Part shown: positions 39,691 to 49,016 of the stretch, in pieces
Layout of the letters: each line of letters starts with the position of its first letter
Numbering within the stretch: position 1 is the first letter of the stretch
From: an uncultured Verrucomicrobiae bacterium
GTDB taxonomy: Bacteria; Verrucomicrobiota; Verrucomicrobiia; Chthoniobacterales; JAFAMB01
Direction: 5' to 3'
DNA length: 64,000 bases
Assembly (NCBI GenBank): GCA_963837955.1
Contig: CAWIPH010000002.1
Coordinates: 2,592,001-2,656,000 of the forward strand
Made by a program: the position numbers and the translations under genes
Notes under the pieces: model-generated
Seen by the model: the letters and a program-made list of their open reading frames with translations, nothing else
Told to the model about the DNA's origin: nothing
Databases searched by the model: none

Positions 39691-40746
39691 TTACTTCTTG
39701 GTTGTCTCGGTTAAGACCAGGATATGAAACGTGCCGGGGATCGGGTGCGGATGCGGATGTGGGTCTTCCGGCGAAATCGGGCTCAGTTTAGCGCTGGGCG
39801 CATAGATGGTGTTCGTTGCGGGATCGAAGGCCATCGTGCGAACTCCCAACTCGGTTTGCACTACTTCCTCTATCGTATAGGAGTCGGCCGAATCCTGGCG
39901 GACGACCGTCAGTGTGCCGTCCGCGCAACAGGCGAAGACGCGGCGCCGCACCGGATCGTAGACCGTGGCATCGACCCATTTTCCGATCGGAAGGGTTGCC
40001 ACGTTTTTCCCTGAGAGGCTGTCGACGACCAAGAGAGTCTGATTCCTGCAGCCGATAAAGAGCCGATCATGCTGCAGGTCAATCCCCATGCTGCAGGGGC
40101 TGCTCCGCGCGGGCAATGGCCAGCGCTCGATAACTTTGGCTCCGGCGGCATCGATTTTTAGCACCTGATCCTTGTCTTCAATATTTACGAAGATTGCCCC
40201 TCGACCATCGGTCTGGGCGAATTCAGGCTGGCCATCGAGAGACAGCGTACCGACAACCTGAGCGCGCACCGCGTCGATTATAGTGGTGTTACCGCTATCC
40301 CCATTGAAGCTGAAAATGCGACGGGTTACCGGTTCATAACATATCGCATCTGCGTCGGGCTGGGCTTGGATAGTTCTATTTACTTCCAAGGTTTTCAGAT
40401 CGAAAAGGATGACGTTTCCCGCGTCACCATCGCTGAGAAACCCGCGATTCAACTCGGGCACGAGGGCAACCCCATGTACCTCCCGGCCAGGGATCGAGCG
40501 AATCTCAGTGCGATTCGATAGGTCGATAACGGCCATCCGATCTTGATGAGCCACATAGAGCCGATGCGGCTCTGCTTGCAAAGTGGCGTAATCCCAGTTG
40601 CCATCTCCGCTCACCGGTATCCGATCGCTAACCGTCCAGCCGGAAGAGGCAGCCGCCCGCAGACAGGCAGTTGTCGAGAGCATGACGATCGCGCTAACTT
40701 CACGAAAAATCCTCATCCAAATGCCCGTGAACTGAAAGATTCCCAT
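39691..40746 (-). CDS. YncE/YVTN-type beta-propeller periplasmic protein
   Basis: Signal peptide, GNWDYA, HGVALVPELNRGF, repeated DA..YDP blades, RTMAFDP. Confidence 0.85.
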   Translation of the reverse strand: MGIFQFTGIWMRIFREVSAIVMLSTTACLRAAASSGWTVSDRIPVSGDGNWDYATLQAEPHRLYVAHQDRMAVIDLSNRTEIRSIPGREVHGVALVPELNRGFLSDGDAGNVILFDLKTLEVNRTIQAQPDADAICYEPVTRRIFSFNGDSGNTTIIDAVRAQVVGTLSLDGQPEFAQTDGRGAIFVNIEDKDQVLKIDAAGAKVIERWPLPARSSPCSMGIDLQHDRLFIGCRNQTLLVVDSLSGKNVATLPIGKWVDATVYDPVRRRVFACCADGTLTVVRQDSADSYTIEEVVQTELGVRTMAFDPATNTIYAPSAKLSPISPEDPHPHPHPIPGTFHILVLTETTKK

Positions 40747-40758
40747 AAGCGAAATTCC

Positions 40759-41772
40759 TCAGAACACGATTCTTACCGAGGTCTCTACGAACGGAGCATT
40801 GTTCGGTGAGGTCTGTTGCCCGAAACGAATATATTCGAATTTTCGGTAAACTGTGCTACCTGCCTCGGTTTCCAGCCTGACATTCTTGAATAGCTGTAGC
40901 CGGACACCGCCGCCCACGCGCACCTCCGAATAATCAAGCAACGCATTGTTATATTTCGTGCTACCGACGTTGGGTCCGAGGGTATTTGTACCGACATTCT
41001 TTCCGACTCGGAAGGTTCCGCCAAGACCCTCGGCATTGGCGAAGAGTGTGATTCGAGGGTTCAGGTGATAATCTATTTCCGGTTTAGGGAAAATCAGATT
41101 GCAGGTCCAACGGTCGTTGGGTTCCCAGTGCACTCCGGCCGCCGGTGTAACTATCCGGCTGGAGTTGCTCTCTATGGCGGCACCAAGGATGAAATAGAGA
41201 CTATCGTCGCCATGTGGAGCGTAGCGTAGACCGAGCTTTCCACCTATCCCCAGATCATCGCTGCTGAGACTGACGAAATCCGACGCGACACGACCTGTGA
41301 CCTCACCGAATAGGGTGAGCTTATCAGAATATCGATAGCGAAGACCAAGGCCGAGCTCGATCTCTTCGAGCTGAGACCGCAATGGAATCATCGGTTTCGT
41401 TCCTGGCCTCAGTTGGGGAAGATTAAAGAAGAACCCTTTGTAGGATCCTCCAATTTCGAGTGCTAGCGAATCGTTAATCGGAACCCGAAGGTCCAATTTA
41501 CCCATGATGTCTTGTTCACCGATATTCCCGAGTGGAAATCTTTGGCCTCTGCTATTTCTAGAGTCGGCGTTATTATCATTGAAGTTCGTACTACCAACCC
41601 ATGAATAGTCGACTTCCGCCGAAAGTACGTAAGGGGGGCGGGGTTGCGGGGTTGGCAGAGGCACCGGGTTCTTTTCGAGGTTCTGGATATCTTTTCCGGA
41701 GGATTCCTGGCCATGGGCACCGGGAACACCACTGAATAGAACAATGATCGTGAAAACAATTGGGATTCGCAT
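40759..41772 (-). CDS. Outer-membrane beta-barrel protein (DUF6268-like)
   Basis: Signal peptide, alternating beta-strand pattern, P.AGVHW...NLIFP.P, C-terminal Phe. Confidence 0.75.
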   Translation of the reverse strand: MRIPIVFTIIVLFSGVPGAHGQESSGKDIQNLEKNPVPLPTPQPRPPYVLSAEVDYSWVGSTNFNDNNADSRNSRGQRFPLGNIGEQDIMGKLDLRVPINDSLALEIGGSYKGFFFNLPQLRPGTKPMIPLRSQLEEIELGLGLRYRYSDKLTLFGEVTGRVASDFVSLSSDDLGIGGKLGLRYAPHGDDSLYFILGAAIESNSSRIVTPAAGVHWEPNDRWTCNLIFPKPEIDYHLNPRITLFANAEGLGGTFRVGKNVGTNTLGPNVGSTKYNNALLDYSEVRVGGGVRLQLFKNVRLETEAGSTVYRKFEYIRFGQQTSPNNAPFVETSVRIVF

Positions 41773-42140
41773 TAGTTGGTCTTCGGGTTAGCTGCCGAAC
41801 GTATTATGGAGACAAGTAGCGATTTGATACTGGCTCGATCGCGGCGTTCCTCGGGTGGGACTGGAAAATCTCCGCGCGAATCATGCTCGCCGGCGAAACG
41901 GGTCGATGGCCTGGCTTGAGCATTATCGTCACTTTGGTGGAGTGCTCGGGCGATCGGCCGCAGCGCGTTTGTCAGCCGGTCGACAACAGAAAAGAAATAC
42001 CAATCGAAGATTAGTACCGCCACCGGTGAGCTGACTGTCGGGATCCCTGCACCAGCCACAATCGAGTGGAGCCAATTAGACCGCTTTCTATCGCCGTTTG
42101 CTCGGCGTTTCTCGGTAGGTGACTGCCTCTCGGACATCAT
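41772..42140 (-). CDS. Hypothetical protein
   Basis: Stop overlaps the barrel-gene start (TAATG); one hydrophobic segment; start uncertain. Confidence 0.35.
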   Translation of the reverse strand: MMSERQSPTEKRRANGDRKRSNWLHSIVAGAGIPTVSSPVAVLIFDWYFFSVVDRLTNALRPIARALHQSDDNAQARPSTRFAGEHDSRGDFPVPPEERRDRASIKSLLVSIIRSAANPKTN

Positions 42141-42199
42141 CCCCCAAACGTTTCGGTTTGCCATGCGCGTAAGTAGAATGTCCACTACCGGCAAGCCAG

Positions 42200-42273
42200 T
42201 GATTCCGGATGGACGCGGAAAAAGCCGAACGAGTGGCGAGAGAAGGGAGTCGAACGCGGAGTGTTCTTACGCG
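42200..42273 (-). promoter_or_regulatory. LytTR-like tandem boxes, copy 1
   Basis: Minus strand gcgttcgac-12nt-ccactcgtt-11nt-gcgtccatc; repeated at 42778-42851. Confidence 0.6.
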
Positions 42274-42471
42274 AACGCGTGTCGATGTAATGGGGTGGTG
42301 GCGTGATGTCAGGGCGAACAATGATCGTTAAAGGCGATCGAGCCGAGAACCGGGGGTCTGACAGCGGGGCCAAAACCAAGTAGAATCATGTTTTGAGGGC
42401 GGCATAGCGTTTGTGGAATGAGTTAGAACGCACTCTTGTGCTGCGGCCGACCAAGCAGCTAAAAGAGCAAA

Positions 42472-42594
42472 CTACCGGAGATCTGCCTGGGCCGCTCGAA
42501 GTGCGGCAGGCAACGGCAGACTCAGCTCTACATACTGGTGGGTCAGCGCGACCAGCTTCGCGAAATAAGAGAATTGCTCGATGTTAGTACTCAT
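42472..42594 (-). CDS. 40-aa small protein
   Basis: AGGAG RBS then MSTNIEQFSYFAKLVALTHQYVELSLPLPAALRAAQADLR. Confidence 0.6.
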   Translation of the reverse strand: MSTNIEQFSYFAKLVALTHQYVELSLPLPAALRAAQADLR

Positions 42595-42777
42595 TTTTGT
42601 GAACTCCTGGTTGATAAGAATTGATTCTAAATCCTTGATGCATAGTGCGGCGTTCGCGCTGAGCGGCCAGGCCGAAATCTGTTCGTTTACGGTTCCATGC
42701 CCCACGCGCGTCCATTCGCTAAGGTTTCGGTCTGCCATACGGCGTTAATAGAGGACTTCGGCTACTGAGGGCCTAAT

Positions 42778-42851
42778 GATTCCGGACAGACGCGGAAAAA
42801 GCCGGACGAGTGGTCGAAGAGGGGAGTCGAGCGCGGAATGTTCTTGCGTGG
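42778..42851 (-). promoter_or_regulatory. LytTR-like tandem boxes, copy 2
   Basis: Minus strand gcgctcgac-12nt-ccactcgtc-11nt-gcgtctgtc. Confidence 0.6.
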
Positions 42852-42874
42852 TGGAGTGTCCGAGTGGTGGGCGA

Positions 42875-42940
42875 GTAGCCTGATGCTCCGCCTCAGGAAT
42901 CCAAGGCGCGCCAATCTCCTGAGGCGGAGCATCAGACTAC
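42875..42940. repeat. Family R1 REP-like palindrome, copy 3 (inverted relative to copy 1)
   Basis: gtagcctgatgctccgcctcaggaatccaaggcgcgccaatctcctgaggcggagcatcagactac. Confidence 0.9.
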
Positions 42941-43257
42941 CCGCTAATCCGCGTCCAGCGCTCCTTAGCCGCGTAAACAAGCAATCTTCCGCGCTTGTCA
43001 GCAAGGGATTGAAGCGTCGCTCCTCAGTTCTACCATCGGGTTGTCCAAAAACCCCTTTATGATGACCAAGAAAGCGCCTCGTGAGCGCAATCCTTTCCGG
43101 CTATTCCGCAAGCTGCGGTGGCAACTATTTCGTTGCATTTTTCCTCGGCTTCGCGGCGCAACAAATAGTGTATTGAGCCAAGATGCCAAGCCTGACCACT
43201 GGGTTTGTTTCGGCGTAAGACGAGGATAAAACGATCTCCTAGAGAACCTCTAAATTT

Positions 43258-45261
43258 GTGATTCTCCCTCCTCCGTTGTTACTAGTTGCTAACGCGCTGA
43301 GTAACGATGCGATCGTCATCGAAAGATCTTTCAATTTCGGCGTCGGCAGCGCGCTCTCAGCGCTCCTCCTGGTCCTGGCGTTACGCTCGACCGGAGAAAA
43401 TCGCGTCGCGCGTCTCGGTTTCGCCGCGTGCGCTCTCATTTTTACATCAGGTGCCTGTGTCAAAGAGGTGGCTCTCTCCTTGGGTCAATCGACTCGGTCG
43501 GTACCGGTGCTTCTGGCTGGGAGCTTAGCATTCTGCGCAGCCTCGGCTTGGCCGGTCACGATTCTCGCGCTATGGGGACAGGGTACTTATGCCTCCAATT
43601 GGAGACGATGTCTGGGCCGGGCGGTTTTCGCGTTGGCCATCGTAAGCGCTGTCTTGTTGAGCTTCGCATACCTTGCCGGACTGCTTCCGGCGCCGGTCTA
43701 CTACGTTCGGGGGGTGGAAAGGCCACAGGCAACTCTCGATCTTACTGCCTACAACGGTTTATGCTTCCTTTGGCTCGGCGCATTCATCTTCTTGCCTGGC
43801 CGGCTGCGAGGACGGCTCTCCTGGATATCCATAACCGCATTACTGACCGGGATCACTCTGGTTACAATGTGTGCCTTGGAAGAACACATCGAAAATGTCC
43901 CGTCCTGCGTGCAATCGTTGCTCCTCTTTAGCAGGCCGTTCAGCGTACTGCTCGTCGTCGCTGGTGGCCTTTTCGGCTTTTCCCGCTTTCGCTTTAGCGA
44001 CATTTTCGCGCAAAAGGGCCTCCGCATTTTGCTAGGCGCTTTGCTTGCTCTAGGTAGCTCGTTTCTTGCTCGTACTGTTTTCGGAATGTCGATGCATGAA
44101 AATGGGCATTCGGACGGCTTAGCGGTCCTCGGATTGGCTGCAATCGTCTGGGTAGCGATCATTTGCTATGCGAGAATCACGATGATTAGTGATTGGTTGG
44201 TCGATCGGCAAATTTTCCGCCAAGCTGATTACCAACGCGCGCTTAAATCATTTCGCGAAGTCATTGCGACCGAATCTGAACCAGCGGCAATCTTTAACAC
44301 TGGAAAAGAACTGGTGAGGAGCGCGCTGCGTATCGAAGACGCGAGTGTCCGTTCGCTCGGCCCCTCGCAGGTCGGCTTCGCCCGGGCACTCTCCTCGGAT
44401 TTCGCCCGGGACGGTATGTTCCCGATCCAAAAAGGGGAGGAGCCGGCGCCATTTTGCCTCGCGATCTCGCCGGGTCCCGGTCGCCATACGCTTTTCAATG
44501 CCGAGATCGATTTTCTTCGGGAAGTCTGTCTCGTAATTGGGCGCCGTCTGGAAGCAATCGACCGTGAAAAAGAAAATATCGAAAGGGCTCGCCGAGAGGC
44601 GCAGCTAGTTAAGCAATTGGTGGAAGCGCAACTCCGAGCTCTGCGGGCTCAGATCAATCCCCATTTTCTGTTCAACTCCTTGAACAGTGTTGCTGCCTTG
44701 ATTACGACCGAACCGCGAGTCGCCGAGGAAATGATCATCCGACTCGCCAAGATCTTTCGACACGTGCTGACTCATCACGATCGCCCCTTTAGCTCGATCA
44801 AGGAAGAAATCTCTTTTTTAAAAGCGTATTTGCAAATTGAAAAGGTCCGATTCGGCGAGCGCCTGCAAGTTAACTTTGATATCCAGGAGTCAGTATGGCA
44901 GTTCTCCGTACCAACACTGATCCTCCAACCATTGGTAGAAAACTCCATCAAGCACGGGTTGGGCCCGAAGATCGGCGAGAACCAACTGACGATTCGCGCT
45001 CGCCAGCGAACGGATTACCTTGAACTAACGGTTGAAGACAATGGCGTCGGCGCCAGCGCGCCAAATAAGCTATTCGGAAGCAGCTCCAGCGGGTTTGGGC
45101 TCCGGAACCTGGAAGAGAGGCTGCAGACAGTTTACCGCGGCAACGCCCGGTTCTCTTTTGAAAGTCAGCCTCGGATCGGATCTCGCGCCCAGATTTTGAT
45201 TCCTGTTCCAGCGTCTGCGAAAGAGATCAATCCGACACACAATTATCTTTTGTGTTCTTGA
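43258..45261 (+). CDS. Multi-TM LytS-type sensor histidine kinase, no adjacent response regulator
   Basis: Many TM helices, GAF-like linker, LRALRAQINPHFLFNSLN, YLQIEKVRFG, LQPLVENSIKHG, EDNGVG, GFGLRN; start uncertain. Confidence 0.92.
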   Translation: MILPPPLLLVANALSNDAIVIERSFNFGVGSALSALLLVLALRSTGENRVARLGFAACALIFTSGACVKEVALSLGQSTRSVPVLLAGSLAFCAASAWPVTILALWGQGTYASNWRRCLGRAVFALAIVSAVLLSFAYLAGLLPAPVYYVRGVERPQATLDLTAYNGLCFLWLGAFIFLPGRLRGRLSWISITALLTGITLVTMCALEEHIENVPSCVQSLLLFSRPFSVLLVVAGGLFGFSRFRFSDIFAQKGLRILLGALLALGSSFLARTVFGMSMHENGHSDGLAVLGLAAIVWVAIICYARITMISDWLVDRQIFRQADYQRALKSFREVIATESEPAAIFNTGKELVRSALRIEDASVRSLGPSQVGFARALSSDFARDGMFPIQKGEEPAPFCLAISPGPGRHTLFNAEIDFLREVCLVIGRRLEAIDREKENIERARREAQLVKQLVEAQLRALRAQINPHFLFNSLNSVAALITTEPRVAEEMIIRLAKIFRHVLTHHDRPFSSIKEEISFLKAYLQIEKVRFGERLQVNFDIQESVWQFSVPTLILQPLVENSIKHGLGPKIGENQLTIRARQRTDYLELTVEDNGVGASAPNKLFGSSSSGFGLRNLEERLQTVYRGNARFSFESQPRIGSRAQILIPVPASAKEINPTHNYLLCS

Positions 45262-45485
45262 TCAGCAGCAAAAAATGCCTCCCAACGTAGCGCCCCCGGT
45301 TTTTCGCAGGCCACAGTCGCGACGTCGTTGGTAGTCGCCGGTCAAGCTGATGTGTTTCTATTTCAATAAAGAGCGAGGTACCAGCAGTGATCCGGCTCGC
45401 CCAAGAATCATGGAGACTATGATAAATCGCGTCGAGAATGTCGCCATTGGTCCATCATTGCGAAGTTTAGAGTTAGGCTTTTGTC

Positions 45486-45514
45486 TTGAAGTGCACGTTT
45501 CCTGTGCATATTCT
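45486..45514 (+). promoter_or_regulatory. Sigma70-like promoter
   Basis: TTGAAG-17bp-TATTCT, with a tgcac..gtgca palindrome in the spacer. Confidence 0.55.
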
Positions 45515-45534
45515 CGAACAGTTTAACGAACGTT

Positions 45535-45640
45535 ATTTCAGCTCCTTCTCCCCCCAACGCGGTTCGGCTGCGGCGTAGCTCGGTCTAGGGGTCGCTCGAT
45601 GTTCAGGTGGCACCCGAGGTCTGCCCAGACTCTGCCACCA
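45535..45640 (+). ncRNA. Candidate structured 5' leader RNA
   Basis: cccc...gggg enclosing gcgg-ttcgg-ctgc; hairpin ggtggca...gtct-gccc-agac...tgccacc; lies in a ~175-nt predicted UTR. Confidence 0.35.
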
Positions 45641-45697
45641 AGTTCAAGATCTGCAAAGTACCGGACAATAAACCATAAAAAACACTGGGAGATTCAG

Positions 45698-46021
45698 ATG
45701 CCACACTATTTACAACAAATTGCGTATTCAATTGAAGGTTGGAAGGCGTTAGTTAAGAAGCCGCAGAACCGCATTGAAGCGGTGCGACCAGCGATTGAAA
45801 AGCTCGGCGGAACGATCGAGAGCGCTTGGTTCACGTTTGGGGACTACGATGTTGTGTTAATCGTTAAGATGCCCAGTAACGTGGACGCGAGCGCGATTTC
45901 CATAGCCTTCGCTGCGGGTGGCGCTTGTAAGGCCGTTAAAACCACGCCTTTACTAACCGTTGAGGACGCGATGAAAGCGATGAAGAAGGCGGCGGGCTCC
46001 GAATATCGCCCCGCAACGTGA
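45698..46021 (+). CDS. GYD domain protein
   Basis: MPHYLQQIAYS.EGW..LVKKPQNR...LGG.IE..WFTFGDYDVV...KTTPLL. Confidence 0.88.
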   Translation: MPHYLQQIAYSIEGWKALVKKPQNRIEAVRPAIEKLGGTIESAWFTFGDYDVVLIVKMPSNVDASAISIAFAAGGACKAVKTTPLLTVEDAMKAMKKAAGSEYRPAT

Positions 46022-46069
46022 AAACCTATCCGGTCAATCAAACAAACATAGATTGCGGGAGAGTAAATA

Positions 46070-46501
46070 ATGACAACAGAAAACGACGTCCGCGCAGCAT
46101 CAAAAGAATTTTATTTAGCACTGAACCGCATGCTCAATGGGGATGCCAGTTCATTGGGAGACATCTGGTCCCACAGCGCGACTGTGACGACAATGCACCC
46201 GATCGGCGGTCGCGAAGTCGGATGGGATCAGGTTAGAGGATCATGGGAACAAGTGGCTCAACTAACCACGGAGGGGCAGGTTAGTCTGAGCGATCAATTC
46301 ATTCAGGTCGCCGGAGACGCGGCCTACGAACTGGGTGTCGAGCATGGACAGTTTAAGCTGGCTGGACAGCCGGTGACTGGCGACTGTCGCGTCACGAACA
46401 TCTATCGTCGAGAATCTGGAGGTTGGAAGATTGTCCATCACCACACTGACACTGCCCAGTCAATGATAGATGCGCTCAGCCGTCTGGGGAAGAAGACGTG
46501 A
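46070..46501 (+). CDS. SnoaL-like/YybH (NTF2-like) protein
   Basis: VGWDQVRGSW...GDAAY...RVTNIYRRESGGWKIVHHH. Confidence 0.88.
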   Translation: MTTENDVRAASKEFYLALNRMLNGDASSLGDIWSHSATVTTMHPIGGREVGWDQVRGSWEQVAQLTTEGQVSLSDQFIQVAGDAAYELGVEHGQFKLAGQPVTGDCRVTNIYRRESGGWKIVHHHTDTAQSMIDALSRLGKKT

Positions 46502-46551
46502 AATTCGCGCAACTCACATGGCGTGAGTTTCTGTCTACATAGGTCGAAGAA

Positions 46552-46579
46552 ATCAGGAACCGCAAAAGCGGTTCCTGAT
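46552..46579. terminator. Hairpin between convergent genes (probable intrinsic terminator)
   Basis: atcaggaaccgc-aaaa-gcggttcctgat, perfect 12-bp stem. Confidence 0.65.
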
Positions 46580-46703
46580 CTGCCTGCCTCATCGAAAACT
46601 GTCGCTGGTTAGGTTTCCCGACCTTCCCGGGTCGTGGTCACGAGCGCTGGCAGGGTCTCGTTATCTCCAATATTAGAGACGATCCCGGTGCAAGTTAGAG
46701 ACG

Positions 46704-47453
46704 TCAGTCGGCGATCATTCCTCCGTCGACCGCCAGGGATGCGCCGATGATGTAGGATGCCTTGTCAGAGCCAATGAACACGATGGCATTGGCAATTTCT
46801 TCGGGAGTGCCGATGCGCTTGTTAGGAACTTGGGCCTCAAGGAAATTTGCTTTGTTTTCCTTCGTTTGCGCAAAGTGATTGAACATTCCCGTTTCCACCG
46901 GGCCAGGGCCAACGATGTTAACACGAACGCCGGTACCGGCGAGTTCGAGGGCCGCTGACTTCGTGATGCCTTCCACGGCGTGCTTGCTGCCGACATACAC
47001 CGCCGCGGTCGGGCCACCGACTTTGCCGTACGCAGACGAGATGTTAACGATGCTGCCTTTGCCTTGCGGGAGCATAGCCCGAATCTCGTACTTCATGCTC
47101 AGAAGCACACCAAGCACATTGGTGTCGAAGATGGCTTGATAGCTCTCGGTGGTTACATCGGCAGCCGAACCGGGATTGCCCACGGTGCCAGCGTTATTGA
47201 CGGCAATGTCGAGGCGACCGAAACGAGCGATGGTCTGGTCGATGAGGTTCTTGACTTCCTCTTCATACCGAACATCGGTGCGCAGAAATTCGGCCTCAGT
47301 GCCGAGCTTGCGCAGTTCAGTGGCTAGGTTCTGACCTGCATCGTCGTGTCGACCGGAAACAACCACCCGCGCTCCTTCACGCGCGAAGGCCAGGGCCGTG
47401 GCCCGACCGATGCCGGTGAGTGCGCCAGTGATAAGTACGGTGGGAGTGTTCAT
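46704..47453 (-). CDS. SDR oxidoreductase
   Basis: TGALTGIG, NNAG, YVGSKHAVEG, VDGG. Confidence 0.93.
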   Translation of the reverse strand: MNTPTVLITGALTGIGRATALAFAREGARVVVSGRHDDAGQNLATELRKLGTEAEFLRTDVRYEEEVKNLIDQTIARFGRLDIAVNNAGTVGNPGSAADVTTESYQAIFDTNVLGVLLSMKYEIRAMLPQGKGSIVNISSAYGKVGGPTAAVYVGSKHAVEGITKSAALELAGTGVRVNIVGPGPVETGMFNHFAQTKENKANFLEAQVPNKRIGTPEEIANAIVFIGSDKASYIIGASLAVDGGMIAD

Positions 47454-47528
47454 ATAATTTTTCTTTGCTGTGGGTGATGACTGAAGAGTTTTCGTAACCG
47501 TGGAATTGGATTTTCAACCTAGATAAAC

Positions 47529-47542
47529 AACCAATCGGTTCA
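47529..47542. promoter_or_regulatory. Probable TetR operator
   Basis: accaatcggttca, identical 13-mer at 49120-49132 upstream of tetR. Confidence 0.65.
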
Positions 47543-47792
47543 CTATGGATGAGCGATGCCCGCTGGGGCGGATAAGAGGACTTTCCTCTTTCGATTGTGG
47601 CCTTGTTTTCATGAGCCGAGCTTACCGGCGAAAGAAAGAATCAGCTCGCGGGCTCTTGCTCAACCTGTCGGACTTTTGCGCAAGCTACACTGCTAGCCCG
47701 CAGCCTGAATTGTTCACCGCAGGGCGAAGCCGCAACCAAATCCCGCCGTCGCCCATACGCGTCAACATAAGAATGGTTTGCCTGCTCCATCG

Positions 47793-47918
47793 CCGGGAGG
47801 GCGCGCGTCCCCGCGCGCCGAGAAAACGATCTCTAACCTGGGGGACGCAATTGAACCCTTGGTATACAAACGCGCTTGGGTCCGGCCACAAGGGATCGCG
47901 GGGACGCGATCCCTCCCA
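47793..47918. repeat. GGGAGGG-type REP-like pair related to family R3
   Basis: gggagggcgcgcgtccccgcgcgcc ... gggatcgcggggacgcgatccctccc. Confidence 0.65.
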
Positions 47919-48111
47919 GCGTTGGGTCCCGCTGCCGCGACGCCGTCGCCTGACCAGTTCTCAGCACGATTAATCAATCGAGCGGGCTATGGCGGGCAGG
48001 CCGTCCGCGAACCCGTCGTCGAAGGTTTTGTCTTAACCAAGTCTCGGAGTGCCATTGTAAAATTGATTTCTGGGTAGTTGGGAAATGCCGGAAAGAAGCC
48101 ATTGGCGGCCA

Positions 48112-48516
48112 TCAATTGGGCACAATCGTGTAACCAAAATTGTGGATTCCCGGTACACCTTTTTGCGCGGTGACCGGAGCTCCAAAGCCCGGATAAGCCG
48201 GAACTAGCAGCACAAAGCTTCCTTTCACTCCTCGGCCATACCCTCTGTTACCGTGCCAATTGACAGTGAGCGTGAATGCTCGTGGAACAGTACTACTTAC
48301 TTGAACCCACCACGCTCGGTACCTGTGGTCATAATACTGGTGGGATGTCCAGCCTCCGTTTTGGGCGATGGCGGGAAGTTGCCAGCCGATCAATACACCG
48401 ATGACCAATAAGAGTTTAAGATTAACGCTATGAGCTAATCTGATTTTTGCAGAACGCGCTGCGAACGAGCCGACTAACAGTATGATCAACAAGGGAGAAC
48501 AGCAGAGCGATTTCAT
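48112..48516 (-). CDS. Hypothetical secreted or membrane protein
   Basis: Hydrophobic N-terminus, then beta-rich aromatic domain; family not recognised. Confidence 0.55.
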   Translation of the reverse strand: MKSLCCSPLLIILLVGSFAARSAKIRLAHSVNLKLLLVIGVLIGWQLPAIAQNGGWTSHQYYDHRYRAWWVQVSSTVPRAFTLTVNWHGNRGYGRGVKGSFVLLVPAYPGFGAPVTAQKGVPGIHNFGYTIVPN

Positions 48517-48615
48517 AGCTGGCGGGAGTTCAGGTGATTTTTATCAGATACCAGGCATTTCTGTCACGCCATTGATGCCGGTTGCTCTCGGCGCCGCGAC
48601 CGAAATACTGCAATC

Positions 48616-48654
48616 GGTGACAAGGGCAATTTTACCTTCAAGTTTCTTTGACAT
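48616..48654 (-). pseudogene. SDR N-terminal remnant
   Basis: MSKKLEGKIALVT then loses similarity. Confidence 0.65.
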
Positions 48655-48703
48655 AGTATTTCTCAGATGTGGTACCAGCCAAAGGCGCCATGCCCTTTTG
48701 CCC

Positions 48704-48872
48704 TTAGCGAGCCAGTTTTCCGCCTTCGGCGGCACGTGAAGCCCCGGTGATGTACGAAGCCTTGTTGGCGGCGAGGAAAAGGATGCCTTCCGCGATCTCT
48801 TCCGGCTGCGCGATGCGTTTCATTGGGACTCGCGAGATGAGGTCAGCCTTGTTTTCGGGAGTGCCGGTGAAG
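48704..48872 (-). pseudogene. SDR C-terminal remnant
   Basis: Manual translation FTGTPENKADLISRVPMKRIAQPEEIAEGILFLAANKASYITGAS...GG; 5' part replaced by a repeat. Confidence 0.8.
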
Positions 48873-48878
48873 GGGTTT

Positions 48879-49016
48879 AAACGTTGAGGTAATGGCTTTC
48901 AATCCGACGTCACGAGCGCAGAGGGTGAATCGATCGTCCCTAGCGGGACGGACGCCTCTTTAACGCTATCCCACCACTGAAGTGCTGGGCTACTTTCACC
49001 GCGTCCCATCCGGGAC
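48879..49016. repeat. Family R2, half copy C
   Basis: Close match to the right half of copy A (13158-13295). Confidence 0.88.
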
